DNA of 41,346 bases from a virus (lineage: Duplodnaviria; Heunggongvirae; Uroviricota; Caudoviricetes). The position numbers and the translations under genes were made by a program. The notes under the pieces are model-generated. The model was not told where the DNA came from. It searched no databases and saw nothing but the letters and a program-made list of their open reading frames with translations. Below, piece by piece: positions 19,317-29,684 of this stretch; within the stretch, counting starts at the first letter, position 1, and the number at the start of each line of letters is the position of its first letter. The stretch is from the IMG/VR virus record IMGVR_UViG_2690316296_000007, positions 1 through 41,346 of that record; one strand, written 5' to 3'.

Positions 19317-19517
19317 TCAGCCCTCTTTACTGGTCGTGGCTTTCTTCTCTTTTGCCGCTTTACTGCTTTTTGCACTGATTCCGCGCTCTGCTAACCCGGC
19401 CTGAAGTGCAATCTCCTGCACCCGGGCAGGAAGCGCCCCGTCGTCATACTCACCGGCCCGAATGACCTCTACACGCATACCGTCCGGTGACCATTTCAGA
19501 TCTTGTTTCAGGATCAT
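19317..19517 (-). CDS. Small hypothetical head-module protein
   Basis: 66-aa ORF between capsid and connector genes. Confidence 0.4.
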   Translation of the reverse strand: MILKQDLKWSPDGMRVEVIRAGEYDDGALPARVQEIALQAGLAERGISAKSSKAAKEKKATTSKEG

Positions 19518-19566
19518 GATTCTTCACCCGTCAGAACAGGGGGCGCGGTTCCGCGCCCCTGAGTGA

Positions 19567-20772
19567 TTACGCCGCTGCAATCTTCAGCAGTTTGATGGCC
19601 TGCGAATCGACCAGCATCCCGCCGGTGCGCTTGGTGGTATAAAAACCGACAAACGGTTTATTGGTGTACGGGTCACGCAGAATGCGGGTGCCGATACGGT
19701 CAACGATGGTGTAACCCCGTTTGAAGTTACCAAATGCAATGGCTTTCGCATCAGCGGCGATATCCGGCATCTGTTCGTTTTCAGCGATACCGTAACCCGC
19801 CAGAGAGGACGGCTGCCCCAGTTCCAGCCCCGGACGCCACAGATAGTTACCCTCGCTGTCTTTAAGCAGACGGATGGCAAACAGGCTGTTGTTGTTCATC
19901 ATGAATTTCGCGCCAGTGCGGTGTGCCTTACGCAGCGTGTAAATCAGTTTGATAATGGCGTCTGCGGTCACCGCCGTCGCTTCGCCGGATACAATATGCT
20001 GAAGTTTGCCGAACGCCCGGACCTTATCGGTTTCATCAGTGGATTCATACGCCAGGAACCCTTTCGGCTTCTTGGTACCATCGCCGGTGGTAAAGGCAAT
20101 TTCTTCCTGTTCGGCAAATTCGGTTGCCAGCTCGCTGTTGATCCATGCTTCCACGTTGAAAAAGGCATCATCCAGCATTTTCTGGGTGGCCTGCGGGTTA
20201 CCGTAGATTTCCCCCATGAAAGGTTCAATCAGGCCCAGTTTTGAGGTGGCAGTCTGGGAGCGCGCGTCAGTCTCGCCAACCCATCCGGAAGCCGTGCCGC
20301 CCAGATTCACCAGTTTTTTGTAGTCGGAACCACCAACGGTGATCACCGTGGCTTCCTGGCGCATCACCACTTCATCTTTCAGCAGGGTGAGAATGTTGCG
20401 ATCCAGTGCTTCCGGCACGGCATAGCCGCCGTCTTCATCGGTGCCCACCTGTAATGCCTTGCGCTCCAGATCGCGCAGACCATCTTCACGGCCTTTACGC
20501 AGGAAGCCCACAAACGCTTCTTTATGCTCGGTGGCCAGTTTATTTTGCGCACCACCTGCCGGACGTTTCAGCTCAAGCAGCTCTTTTTCAAGATCGCTTT
20601 TGAGGTTTTCCAGCTCGCTGAGTTTCCCGTTCAGGGTTTCCACCTGCCCGGCAAGTTTGCCTTTTTCCTGCTCAATCGCATCCACGCGCTTGTCGTTCTT
20701 TGCTTTGAAGTCGTCAAACTTCTGCTGCAGCTCCTGCGCGACCTGTTCGACATCTTTAATATCAACCGCCAT
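19567..20772 (-). CDS. Major capsid protein (HK97 fold, with N-terminal delta/scaffold domain)
   Basis: 401 aa; N-terminal coiled coil (KFDDFKAKNDKRVDAIEQEKGKLAGQVETLNGKLSELENLK) followed by a capsid body. Confidence 0.9.
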   Translation of the reverse strand: MAVDIKDVEQVAQELQQKFDDFKAKNDKRVDAIEQEKGKLAGQVETLNGKLSELENLKSDLEKELLELKRPAGGAQNKLATEHKEAFVGFLRKGREDGLRDLERKALQVGTDEDGGYAVPEALDRNILTLLKDEVVMRQEATVITVGGSDYKKLVNLGGTASGWVGETDARSQTATSKLGLIEPFMGEIYGNPQATQKMLDDAFFNVEAWINSELATEFAEQEEIAFTTGDGTKKPKGFLAYESTDETDKVRAFGKLQHIVSGEATAVTADAIIKLIYTLRKAHRTGAKFMMNNNSLFAIRLLKDSEGNYLWRPGLELGQPSSLAGYGIAENEQMPDIAADAKAIAFGNFKRGYTIVDRIGTRILRDPYTNKPFVGFYTTKRTGGMLVDSQAIKLLKIAAA

Positions 20773-20786
20773 CGTATTTCTCCTGA

Positions 20787-21473
20787 TTAGAAGTTCAGAT
20801 TTTTCAGTGCATTCAGTGCAGAGCCCACATCCTCAGCGTCGCACAGGGACAGTGCGCCATAGCCCCCGGCCATGAATGCTTTGGCCTGGGTACGGGAGAG
20901 TCCGACATCACGCAGGACTCTTTCGATTTTTTTCTGTTCGGGGATTTCCCCGCGGGCCAGTGCGTTCTTGACGTCGCTGATCCGCGCCTCGTCGTTAGAC
21001 GGGAACGTCACCAGGCTGACTTCCCAGAGGTCGATTTCTTTCAGCAGAAAGGCTTCTTTGCTCCGGTCGTATTCCCAGTCTTTCAGGACGTACCCAATAG
21101 AAAGGCCGGTTAACGAACCGGCCTTCATGTGTGCATGTGCGCGTTTTGCGAGGGGATCATCATCAATAAGCAACCGTCCCCTGACGTAAAGCCCGACATC
21201 GTCTTCCTTCATTTCGGTGTAAACACCGATGGGCTCATCCATGCGGTGCTGCCAGAGCAGCGCAGGTAAAGCTTTTCTGTCACTCCACGCCCGCAGGGAA
21301 GCAGCAAATGCCCCGGACATCACCACATCATCGTGGCTGTCCTTTACACCAAAGACGGAGCCATATCCTTCAAACTCACCGGAGTCACTGACAGATTTCA
21401 GACTCAGCGGTACATCAAGACGTTGTTTCGTCTGCATTGGCGTTATCCTTCTGCTTACCGGCTTTACTGCCAT
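20787..21473 (-). CDS. Prohead protease (HK97 family)
   Basis: 228-aa ORF between portal and capsid; true start may be the internal Met at 21437. Confidence 0.8.
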   Translation of the reverse strand: MAVKPVSRRITPMQTKQRLDVPLSLKSVSDSGEFEGYGSVFGVKDSHDDVVMSGAFAASLRAWSDRKALPALLWQHRMDEPIGVYTEMKEDDVGLYVRGRLLIDDDPLAKRAHAHMKAGSLTGLSIGYVLKDWEYDRSKEAFLLKEIDLWEVSLVTFPSNDEARISDVKNALARGEIPEQKKIERVLRDVGLSRTQAKAFMAGGYGALSLCDAEDVGSALNALKNLNF

Positions 21474-22656
21474 CGGAGGGTTTCGTGGTCATATTCATCG
21501 GTGTGAGATAGACATCCCCACCGGGACGCGGATTCATATCTTCCAGGTCGCGGCAGTCATTGGGAGAGTAAATTCCCCAGTTGATCCCGGTGGCGTAGGC
21601 TTCAAAACGGGACTTCATATCCCCGCGCAATAACGCCCCGGCGTTAAATTTGGCGTAATAAACGCCCTGCTTACTTTTTCGAACCAGTCCGGTGTTGATC
21701 CGCTGCTCGATGCGGGTCAGATACGGCACCAGTGAATAGTTGATAAATCCCAGCCCCAGCTCTTCGATATTGTTGAAGGTGGCGCGATCGGTGTTCTGCA
21801 CCATGTGCAACGGCACCCGGAACAGACGACAGATTTCTTCAAGCTGAAACTTGCGGGTTTCCAGGAACTGGCTGTCCTCGGCGTTCAGCGCCATCGACTT
21901 CCAGTCCAGCCCCATCTCAAGGATCATCGGGCGGTGAGCATTGCCAAGCCCGGTGTGACGCTCCTCAAAATCTTTCTTCAGGCGCTCATAAGCCTGATCT
22001 GACAGCGTCTGCTCTGTACGCAACACACCCGACGTCACCGCGCCATTGCTGAACAGTCTGGCCCCGTGCTCTTCGGTCGCTGCCGCCAGCGATATTGCCT
22101 CGCGGGCATAGGCGATGGGATTCAGCCCCACCAGTCCGTCCAGCGTCAGCGTGCGCACATGCCAGATATCCTCCTGGCTCAGTACATCCGTGGAGCCATC
22201 CGGGAATGTGACCTGATAGACCGGCTCCCAGCTACTGTTAAGCTTCGGTACCACACAGCCGGGATCGACGGGCAGCAGTTCAGCCACTTCGCCAAATGCT
22301 TTCACTTTGTAGGCGTAAAAGTTTCCCCGCAGGCACAGACTGGTGACCACCAGCTCCCAGAACTCCTGCGGCGTCATATAGCCATTGGGATGCGTGGAGA
22401 TCAGCTTATGCAGACGTTCGCCAGTGGCTCTCTGCTTCAGGCTGCCGTTCAGGTGATACAGATTGCAGGGCAACATCCCGACCGACTCTGCCAGCACTCT
22501 GACGCAGGAAAAAACCGCCGTCAGTCGCATGGCCCGCTGACTGCTGATCTGCTTTCCGGTATAGGTGTCGTAGGACAACCCGATGGCATCCGCCAGCTCT
22601 GCTGGCGTGGTCACCGGTGCGTCACTTTTTCGTTGAAATAATCCCGAAAAGAACAC
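21415..22656 (-). CDS. Portal protein (HK97 family)
   Basis: 413-aa ORF following terminase large subunit. Confidence 0.9.
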   Translation of the reverse strand: MFFSGLFQRKSDAPVTTPAELADAIGLSYDTYTGKQISSQRAMRLTAVFSCVRVLAESVGMLPCNLYHLNGSLKQRATGERLHKLISTHPNGYMTPQEFWELVVTSLCLRGNFYAYKVKAFGEVAELLPVDPGCVVPKLNSSWEPVYQVTFPDGSTDVLSQEDIWHVRTLTLDGLVGLNPIAYAREAISLAAATEEHGARLFSNGAVTSGVLRTEQTLSDQAYERLKKDFEERHTGLGNAHRPMILEMGLDWKSMALNAEDSQFLETRKFQLEEICRLFRVPLHMVQNTDRATFNNIEELGLGFINYSLVPYLTRIEQRINTGLVRKSKQGVYYAKFNAGALLRGDMKSRFEAYATGINWGIYSPNDCRDLEDMNPRPGGDVYLTPMNMTTKPSDGSKAGKQKDNANADETTS

Positions 22657-22838
22657 TATTTACCTCCACCAACAGACGGCTGTGTACGGTCGAGATATCG
22701 CGCCACCAGCCACGACCAGAACAGGCACAACGCCCCGGCAACAACAAACCCCGCCGGGGGATAAATCAGCCAGGCACCATACGCCAGCAAAAGCGCCCCC
22801 AGCACGCCCACCAGAGGCGCGAGAATCAGCATGATCAT
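22656..22838 (-). CDS. Small hypothetical membrane protein
   Basis: 60-aa hydrophobic ORF between TerL and portal. Confidence 0.35.
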   Translation of the reverse strand: MIMLILAPLVGVLGALLLAYGAWLIYPPAGFVVAGALCLFWSWLVARYLDRTQPSVGGGK

Positions 22839-22849
22839 AATTACCTCAG

Positions 22850-24583
22850 TTAAAGCGAGCGGATCCCATAGGACTCAATGTGGTCAGACAGCGTGTCTTC
22901 TTTCTCGTACAGCATGGCTCTGCCAACCGCCATAATCAGCGCAACTGCACCGTCAATTTTGTTTTCCGCCTGCTCTTTGACGGGCTTCACCACATCATCG
23001 TTACCCGGAATGGTTTTGCCGACCACGTTGCCGATACACCAGGTCATGATGGGATTGCCATCATGATGAAAGCGCCCCGATTCAATTGCCGCTTCCAGCT
23101 CTTTCATCGGGTCGGACATGTTGGTGTAGTTCTGAATGATAGTGATGGGGTTCAGGTCTTCATCAGCAAGGTCATGTGACAACCCGGTCGCCCCGAAGGG
23201 GTCGATGGGTGACTCACTGACCGGGCTGATTTTGTTCGCTGCTTTGGCCTCTTCGAGGATGTAGCGATAATCCACCTCTGCACCATCGGTAACGGTCAGG
23301 ACGCCCATTTCCACCCATTTCTGAAAGCGTTCGGCTGTCCGGCGATCTTCATTTTTCTCGACGCTGTACACCGTGTCATACGGTACCCAGAAACGCGGGG
23401 CTACACTGTAGTAATGCGTTTTACCGTCAATCTCGCGGGTATAAAGTCGCGCCATGCTGTTCATATCCAGCTTACGCGCCAGGTCAAAGGCCAGAATGCA
23501 CGGCTGCCCCTCGAACTGCTCAAGGGTAAGTGATTTATCCTCGCAGCTCTGCCAGCTCACCAGGTTGAAATACGCCGAACGCGCCGACACCCAGATATTG
23601 AGGTGTTTTGTTTTAAAGACGTTTGCCAGACGGGCGTTATTTTTCGCACGCTGTTGCTGACTTAACAAAAACTCACGGTAAACCGACACCCCGATATTCG
23701 GGTTAGCTTTTTCCAGCACCTGTGGGTCGGTCCAGTCGTCACCTTCGTCAACGGTATAGATGATCCCGAACAGTTCATCGTTGGGTACCGACCCGTTGAG
23801 CATCTCGATAACTTCCCGCCGCTTGTCGTAGCACGGCCCCTCAATGTTGTACCCGGCAGTAGTAATGGCCCACATCAGTGGCTGACGTCGCGCCCCCATC
23901 CCGGTAAGCATCGTGGTGTAAAGCGCATCGGTGGCGTGCTCGTGATATTCATCCACCACCGCACAGTGGGGTGATGATCCATCACCGGGGTTACCGATCA
24001 GCGGTTCAAACCGCGCGCCATCCTCCGGACGGTTCATGTTTGAGGCGTTAACCTCAATCCCGAACGCTTCCGTCAGCATGGGTGTGCGTTTACACATCAG
24101 TCGCGCCGGGCGAAAGACTTCCCACGCCTGTTTCTCTGTCGTGGCACCGGAATACACTTCCGCGCCAAACTCGTTATCACAGGCAAAACAATACAGGGCG
24201 ACACCGGCAGAGATTGCCGATTTGCCGTTCTTACGGGGAATTTCGGTATACACCTCCCGGAAGCGGCGCAGCCGGGTACCTTTATTGACCCAGCCAAACG
24301 CACAGCAGATCACAAAGAGCTGCCACGGCTCCAGCGTGATGGGCATCCTCTTGAATGCCCACTCCCCCTTGGTGTGCGGCAACAGTTGAATAAATTTGGC
24401 GGCCCGTTCAGCCAGGTCCTTGTCGAAGCGGTAACGAAACGACTTACTTTTTTCCGCCATCAGGTCATCAAGATGGCGCTGGCAGGCCTGAATCACAAAC
24501 TGGCAGGCCACAATCTTTCCGCGCACGACATCACGGGCATACTGATTGGCAGCATTTACGTTGGGGTAAGATTTCCGGCTCAT
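22850..24583 (-). CDS. Terminase large subunit
   Basis: 577-aa ORF with ATPase and nuclease character, overlapping the TerS stop. Confidence 0.9.
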   Translation of the reverse strand: MSRKSYPNVNAANQYARDVVRGKIVACQFVIQACQRHLDDLMAEKSKSFRYRFDKDLAERAAKFIQLLPHTKGEWAFKRMPITLEPWQLFVICCAFGWVNKGTRLRRFREVYTEIPRKNGKSAISAGVALYCFACDNEFGAEVYSGATTEKQAWEVFRPARLMCKRTPMLTEAFGIEVNASNMNRPEDGARFEPLIGNPGDGSSPHCAVVDEYHEHATDALYTTMLTGMGARRQPLMWAITTAGYNIEGPCYDKRREVIEMLNGSVPNDELFGIIYTVDEGDDWTDPQVLEKANPNIGVSVYREFLLSQQQRAKNNARLANVFKTKHLNIWVSARSAYFNLVSWQSCEDKSLTLEQFEGQPCILAFDLARKLDMNSMARLYTREIDGKTHYYSVAPRFWVPYDTVYSVEKNEDRRTAERFQKWVEMGVLTVTDGAEVDYRYILEEAKAANKISPVSESPIDPFGATGLSHDLADEDLNPITIIQNYTNMSDPMKELEAAIESGRFHHDGNPIMTWCIGNVVGKTIPGNDDVVKPVKEQAENKIDGAVALIMAVGRAMLYEKEDTLSDHIESYGIRSL

Positions 24584-25074
24584 GACTCGATGATTTTCAG
24601 AAACGGGTTAGTGGCTTTCTTCTGCCCCGCCAGGCCAATCAGACGCTGGCGGCTGCTGGGGTCGAGTCCGAGCATTGCCCCCGTGCTGCTCATCTCGGAC
24701 TCCTGTTCTTTTTTGGCGGTCAGCTCCGGATTTTTGACCCTGCCGCCCATTGCACCGGTGATGGTGTTGCCCTGTATGGCAATATTTTTCACGGCACGTC
24801 GCCAGAACTCATAGGCCACGCACCACCGCTCAAGCACCGCGAGGTCAGTCACGCACAGCAGGCCCTGACCGCAGAGTTCTTTGGTTGTCAGTTGCCACAT
24901 GATCGTGGCGAGAGGGAGATCTTCTTCAGCGAACCACTCCGGTGGCTCAACACCTTTGATGGGCGTAAAAACAGGTTCATCTTTGTTCAGGGCTCGCTTG
25001 CCAGGGTTTCCGGCCAGCGCCTTGCGCGCCGTTGGCTTGGGGCGACGCCCGGAACGCCCCGCCGTTCCAGCCAT
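24580..25074 (-). CDS. Terminase small subunit (P27 family)
   Basis: N-terminus [30 protein letters not shown]; the ATG at 25074 is preferred over the track's GTG at 25083. Confidence 0.8.
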   Translation of the reverse strand: MAGTAGRSGRRPKPTARKALAGNPGKRALNKDEPVFTPIKGVEPPEWFAEEDLPLATIMWQLTTKELCGQGLLCVTDLAVLERWCVAYEFWRRAVKNIAIQGNTITGAMGGRVKNPELTAKKEQESEMSSTGAMLGLDPSSRQRLIGLAGQKKATNPFLKIIES

Positions 25075-25083
25075 ATGCGGCAC

Positions 25084-25199
25084 TCCTGGTTAAATTTCAT
25101 TTTTCGCGGGTATAAAAAAACGATGGGGCGGGCAGTCCGGAAGACGTCAGGCTGCAGGGATTTGACCCGCCCCTCCCCTCAGACAGTTGAGAATTATTA
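25084..25199. promoter_or_regulatory. Candidate cos region / terminator between HNH and TerS
   Basis: GGGGCGGG ... CCCGCCCC inverted repeat (25125..25173) followed on the minus strand by a T7 run; HK97-type packaging places cos between the HNH and TerS genes. Confidence 0.3.
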
Positions 25200-25550
25200 T
25201 CACTTTAACCGTTCACGGGCCGTCTTCGCCTTATGACACGGCCAGCACAGACTCTGCAGATTACTGTCAGCATCAGTGCCGCCATGCGCTTTAGGGATGA
25301 TGTGGTCAACAGTTTTCGCCTCACGCACCACACCAGCACGCAGACATAACTGACACAGACCTTTGTCACGCTTCAGAACACGCGCGCGGATACTGTCCCA
25401 CTTCGAACCGTAGCCGCGCTGATGACGGGATTGTCCAGGTTTGTATTGCTTCCAGCCTTCGCTTTTGTGGCTTTCGCAGTAGCCTGACGGGTCAGTAGTG
25501 GTATGGCGGCAGCCGCGAACACGGCAGGCTTTTGGGGTTCGTAGGGGCAT
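25200..25550 (-). CDS. HNH endonuclease (terminase-associated)
   Basis: Cys-rich zinc-finger motifs plus DHIIPKAHGGTDADSNLQSLCWPCH; start at the ATG at 25550, preceded by AAGAGGA. Confidence 0.85.
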   Translation of the reverse strand: MPLRTPKACRVRGCRHTTTDPSGYCESHKSEGWKQYKPGQSRHQRGYGSKWDSIRARVLKRDKGLCQLCLRAGVVREAKTVDHIIPKAHGGTDADSNLQSLCWPCHKAKTARERLK

Positions 25551-25700
25551 TGCATAATCCTCTTGGATGGTTCGCGTACGATACGTGGCATCCTTCTCAG
25601 AATCGAATCGCACTCCATTCCGGTTTTGCCATAAACGATCTTTTATGCTTCGCTGGATGTAGTTGATAGTTGTTGAAACTCAATGAACAGGAGTTCACAA

Positions 25701-26036
25701 ATGAATAGTTATGAATGGGAATGGCTTTTGAACAAAGATGACACCCTATACTTTTTCCCCGTAGGCCATTCTGTAGAAGGTAATTACAAAATTCACTTTG
25801 AGTTGAGCGGTAGTTGTAACCTTAGAGTCTCTGATGCTGAATGGCATGGTAAACCTGTACTGCTGTTCGAATACTTCGATGAAGATGATGACCGCCCTGC
25901 AATAATCGAAATATTAGAAACAACCACTACAACTGTGGAGGCGATGATCGCACATCTGAATAGTATCGATAGTATTTACCATGAACCGATTTACAAAGCT
26001 GTTTACGAGTGGGCTGTAAAGTTTTTCTATCGATGA
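25701..26036 (+). CDS. Hypothetical acidic cargo protein
   Basis: AT-rich plus-strand ORF opposite to the late operon; CAGGAG before the ATG at 25701; acidic stretch FEYFDEDDDRPAIIEILE. Confidence 0.5.
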   Translation: MNSYEWEWLLNKDDTLYFFPVGHSVEGNYKIHFELSGSCNLRVSDAEWHGKPVLLFEYFDEDDDRPAIIEILETTTTTVEAMIAHLNSIDSIYHEPIYKAVYEWAVKFFYR

Positions 26037-26079
26037 TACTTCGTTATCTTTCTGGCATTCACAATACCTTTACATATTA

Positions 26080-26706
26080 ATGACATGCCAGCACAATACT
26101 GTCACTTACAACCGTTCGGATTACCTAGAGAAAAGTATGATTCAGGATTTACTGATCGAAGCAATTAGTCACGATAGGATGCATAAAAAGTTAAATGAAC
26201 TGAATGGCTACTTCTACAATCGCAAACATGAAACACAAATACGTGATGAGTTAGTTGTTATACTCAATCAAATCAGCACACTAACTGCTTTAAGTGAGCA
26301 TCCAAAACTCGGTATCGGCGCTGTTGACATATCACTTTATAACCAGTCGATATTAACGTCTGAACATAATGGCAATGTTGCAACCATCGAGATAAAACAC
26401 CATTACCCAAAGGATTTACTTTATCGGCAAGTTCAAGAAGACATCATTTCCGATATTTCAAGAGTAATAGTTTCACCAACTACACATTTTATCCATATAA
26501 TCCAGCAAAGAACCAGGATTAATACTCCTTCTTTTGGCCAAGTGAAATTCCTTGAACGTGATGCAAGTGATATCAGCACTTATGTGCAATACCTTGAAGA
26601 GCTAAGTTCATTTCCCAGTAATTTTCATAAAAAAAGTATATGTATTGAGGTACTTGGTGAAATTATGTCGACATATACCTTTAACGTATATTCATTTGAC
26701 AACTGA
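26080..26706 (+). CDS. Hypothetical cargo protein with possible PD-(D/E)xK nuclease signature
   Basis: AT-rich ORF (alternative start 26137); GAVDISLY ... TIEIKHH fits the D ... ExK spacing. Confidence 0.45.
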   Translation: MTCQHNTVTYNRSDYLEKSMIQDLLIEAISHDRMHKKLNELNGYFYNRKHETQIRDELVVILNQISTLTALSEHPKLGIGAVDISLYNQSILTSEHNGNVATIEIKHHYPKDLLYRQVQEDIISDISRVIVSPTTHFIHIIQQRTRINTPSFGQVKFLERDASDISTYVQYLEELSSFPSNFHKKSICIEVLGEIMSTYTFNVYSFDN

Positions 26707-26727
26707 TCAATTTGACAATTTTATTGC

Positions 26728-26985
26728 TTAATGGTTAGTTCTCTCTGCATCTATTTTACGAATATCAGCTTTATCCCGATTGCAGTTAGCCAGTGCAGAC
26801 AACAGGCTCACATTCAGCTCCAGGCTGGCACCATACGTCAGCGGATTGGGTATAAACGGTACAGGAGTATCAGAAGTCAGGCTGGCTGGCAGTGGTGCCA
26901 CCGGAGCGCTCACGTAAACCGTTCGCGAATTTCCGCAACCGGTCAGCAGCGGCAGCAGGCACAGGACGTGAAGCACAATCATCAT
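26728..26985 (-). CDS. Rz1-like outer-membrane lipoprotein (o-spanin)
   Basis: ORF in another frame overlapping the 3' end of Rz; lipobox LLTGC; Pro-rich. Confidence 0.6.
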   Translation of the reverse strand: MMIVLHVLCLLPLLTGCGNSRTVYVSAPVAPLPASLTSDTPVPFIPNPLTYGASLELNVSLLSALANCNRDKADIRKIDAERTNH

Positions 26986-27262
26986 CCGCAACAGCCACTT
27001 TGATATCTTCCTGGGTTCTCTGTGACTCCAGTGCGATCTGCTGTTTTGCATGCTGGTTAACCTCTATAACTGTATTGACGATTTGCAGTGATTGCAGGAC
27101 GTTACGGGTAATGGCTGTTGCAGATTCAACATTTTGTACAGCCTCATCAGCACGTTTCTTTTCGTGCTGATATTTGCTGTAGTAGTGGTTGGCAGACCAG
27201 ATGAAAGAACCGATGACAGTAAAGAAGAATGCAGCGATAACCAGCTTATAGCTCAACTTCAT
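26870..27262 (-). CDS. Rz-like i-spanin
   Basis: 130-aa ORF after the endolysin; N-terminal TM helix then a charged helical region. Confidence 0.7.
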   Translation of the reverse strand: MKLSYKLVIAAFFFTVIGSFIWSANHYYSKYQHEKKRADEAVQNVESATAITRNVLQSLQIVNTVIEVNQHAKQQIALESQRTQEDIKVAVADDDCASRPVPAAAADRLRKFANGLRERSGGTTASQPDF

Positions 27263-27722
27263 TTACCCCCCCACCAGCCTCTTTAAACCGGGAAATCAGG
27301 TCACCGATTTTATGTTCATACTGACCGTAACCTGCACCAGGTAACGACGCCCAGATATTGCTGCAACGATCGATAGCCTGACGGATATCACCGCGATCAA
27401 TCATCGGTAAAGCGCCACGCTCTTTAATCTGCTGCAATGCCACTGCGTCCTGGCTTTTGGGGGAGAAGTCTTTCAAACCAAGCTGTTTACGGTAAGCATC
27501 CCACCAGCGTGAAAGAAGCTGATAACGTCCGGCGGCTGTTGATTTGAGTTTGGGGTTTAACGTGACAAGTTTGCGAGGGTGATCAGAGTAATCAGTAAAC
27601 AGTTCGCCGCCAACAATAACATCATAACCGTGATTACGTGTCGGTTGTCGCCCGTTATCCGTTCCTTCTGACCAAGCCACCATATCAAGGAAAGCTTTAC
27701 GCTGGGGATTTAGCACCTGCAT
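27246..27722 (-). CDS. R: Endolysin (lambda R-like lytic transglycosylase)
   Basis: NPQRKAFLDMVAWSEGTDNGRQPTRNHGYDVIVGGELFTDYSDHPRKLVTLNPKLKSTAAGRYQLLSRWWDAYRKQLGL closely matches lambda R as recalled. Confidence 0.9.
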   Translation of the reverse strand: MQVLNPQRKAFLDMVAWSEGTDNGRQPTRNHGYDVIVGGELFTDYSDHPRKLVTLNPKLKSTAAGRYQLLSRWWDAYRKQLGLKDFSPKSQDAVALQQIKERGALPMIDRGDIRQAIDRCSNIWASLPGAGYGQYEHKIGDLISRFKEAGGGVNEVEL

Positions 27723-27725
27723 AAA

Positions 27726-28052
27726 TTACTCCTTAGAACCACCAAACTTATTACCGATTACTCTCATTGCAGCCCCACGAATAGCATCGACACCGATCAA
27801 CCCAACGCCACCACCAATGGCAACAGAAAGAGATTTAGGCCATCCGACATACTCAAGAGCGGATGCAAAAGTCAGCGTCAGAGCACCACAGAGCAAAATC
27901 TCGAGCGTTTTTCGTTTCCAGCCCCCACCACCGCCAAAATATGCAATGCGCAAGCCAGCCATAACAATCGACATAATCACTGCGCCCAGCGGTGTGTCTC
28001 CACGCCACCAGCTCTGGACCAACTCCAACCAAGTATTTGGGTTATGAGGCAT
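27726..28052 (-). CDS. Holin (three predicted TM segments)
   Basis: 108-aa ORF immediately upstream of the endolysin; hydrophobic segments with a charged C-terminus. Confidence 0.65.
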   Translation of the reverse strand: MPHNPNTWLELVQSWWRGDTPLGAVIMSIVMAGLRIAYFGGGGGWKRKTLEILLCGALTLTFASALEYVGWPKSLSVAIGGGVGLIGVDAIRGAAMRVIGNKFGGSKE

Positions 28053-28204
28053 TTGTAGTTATCTCTCACCTCGCTGATACAGCAGGTGCAAATTGAGGGA
28101 ACATCATGTACCGCAAATCAGAAGCGGAAACGTCAAAGAAGCCGAACCAATGGATAACTGCGGAATAGGCCAGAACCAACGAATCCCCAGCCCCAGAAAC
28201 GACA

Positions 28205-28225
28205 AAACCCGCTCGACGCGGGTTT
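28205..28225 (-). terminator. Terminator-like hairpin upstream of the holin (possible tR')
   Basis: AAACCCGC-TCGAC-GCGGGTTT, followed on the minus strand by a U-rich stretch. Confidence 0.3.
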
Positions 28226-28270
28226 AAGCTGTGTGGCGAAGTAACCACTCTTAACACGATACAATACTTT

Positions 28271-28299
28271 TTGCGTACGCGTTAGCATTTGATTAGAAT
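28271..28299 (+). promoter_or_regulatory. Sigma70-type promoter for the Q-S cargo cassette
   Basis: TTGCGT - 17 bp - TAGAAT, then AGGTGA Shine-Dalgarno before the ATG at 28332. Confidence 0.45.
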
Positions 28300-28331
28300 C
28301 CAATCATCAGAAAGCTAGGTGAAGGTTCAAA

Positions 28332-29153
28332 ATGAATTTTTCTTACACAAAACAGGATGGTCATACCAAACGCTGCCTTGTCAGAGCATTCAATGTTAAT
28401 ACAGCAACAACAGATATACTCTTCGACCAAATTTCAAATTCTGGTAAATTTATTGTTGACACTGTTTTTAAAATAAACAATGAACAACATTTAATACTGA
28501 AAGAGTTTTCTACAAATAATAAAAGTCATTACTTACACTTTGCATTATATAATCCAAAAGAACAAGTATCGATCACACCAAAAATAAAAACCGCAAGCGA
28601 TCTTCTTGATGTTGAAAACCTTGACAATTTGCACGCTTTTTTATATGTAAAAGAAAATAAAATTGCATCTCTAATGCAAATATCAACAAATTGGTGTGAA
28701 ATTAAAATCGCTAAAATATTCGAGCAATTTGGTATAAAAATAACACCATCAGCAATTTTGCAAAAAAATGTCATTCAACGAATTAAAGATGATAAACTTA
28801 GGGCTTTGCATCTTAATATTAGCGTTGATGCTTCTAATTTTGTGAAAACGCCCAGCTTTATAGACTCTATTTTTCAGAAAGAACCCAAACTTAAAGCTAG
28901 AGGTATTTCAGGACATTTAACTCTTGATGCAAAAGGAAATGCTGAACTAGCACAATCTATTGAAACCAACCCTAGTGGTTGGATAAATGATTTGGATTCT
29001 GATTTTTATATAGAAACAAAAAAAGGAGAGAAAATAACTAGTGACGACATTAAGTTAACAAAAGTTTATTATACAGTCCCTTATGGTTCAAAATCTATTA
29101 ATTCAAAATATGCGAAAGAAATTCTAGAGGACTTTGCTCAAAAAGAGCTATAA
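28332..29153 (+). CDS. Cargo protein A, 273 aa, soluble, unknown function
   Basis: AT-rich ORF with strong Shine-Dalgarno, antisense to the late operon; no recognisable motif. Confidence 0.55.
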   Translation: MNFSYTKQDGHTKRCLVRAFNVNTATTDILFDQISNSGKFIVDTVFKINNEQHLILKEFSTNNKSHYLHFALYNPKEQVSITPKIKTASDLLDVENLDNLHAFLYVKENKIASLMQISTNWCEIKIAKIFEQFGIKITPSAILQKNVIQRIKDDKLRALHLNISVDASNFVKTPSFIDSIFQKEPKLKARGISGHLTLDAKGNAELAQSIETNPSGWINDLDSDFYIETKKGEKITSDDIKLTKVYYTVPYGSKSINSKYAKEILEDFAQKEL

Positions 29154-29176
29154 TATACTAAAAAAAGGAGGCTAAC

Positions 29177-29662
29177 ATGTTAAAATCACTCAATTACTCA
29201 GGTATATCATTAACTTTGTTAAACATTTTAGCCTCAGTATTATTTTCAATTTTCCTCACACATACTTTAACGAACAATACTGACGCATTAAATTTGGTCG
29301 CCAATGTATTTTCTATCCTATCTGGTTTTCTTTTGTTGGTTATCACAATGTCTGGTGAAAACTCTACTCTGATGAACAACTTAAGCAAATTAGACGCTGC
29401 AAATCAAGAAATACGTTTCCTCATGCGTTTTAACAAATATTATGCTTTATTCTTGTTATATATTTTAACATTAGCTTTAATTTTTGTTTTTTATTTAATA
29501 TCCAAGGATAAAGAAAACACATCTCAATACTTCATTCTGTTTAAGAAGTCAATTGGTTACATTATCTCTTTTTTAACTTGTTTTTCTTTTATACAATCAA
29601 CATTCATCCCACTAAAAATAAAAGAATTATTTAAAGAGAAAAGACAACTTAATAAAAAATAG
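29177..29662 (+). CDS. Cargo protein B, 161 aa, four predicted TM helices
   Basis: AAGGAGG Shine-Dalgarno; four hydrophobic segments; ends at the terminator. Confidence 0.55.
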   Translation: MLKSLNYSGISLTLLNILASVLFSIFLTHTLTNNTDALNLVANVFSILSGFLLLVITMSGENSTLMNNLSKLDAANQEIRFLMRFNKYYALFLLYILTLALIFVFYLISKDKENTSQYFILFKKSIGYIISFLTCFSFIQSTFIPLKIKELFKEKRQLNKK

Positions 29663-29684
29663 GCCGCATAGCGGCCATTTTTTT
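29662..29684. terminator. Bidirectional rho-independent terminator
   Basis: GGCCGC-ATA-GCGGCC hairpin with T7 run on the plus strand and T6 run on the minus strand; overlaps the stops of cargo protein B and Q. Confidence 0.6.
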
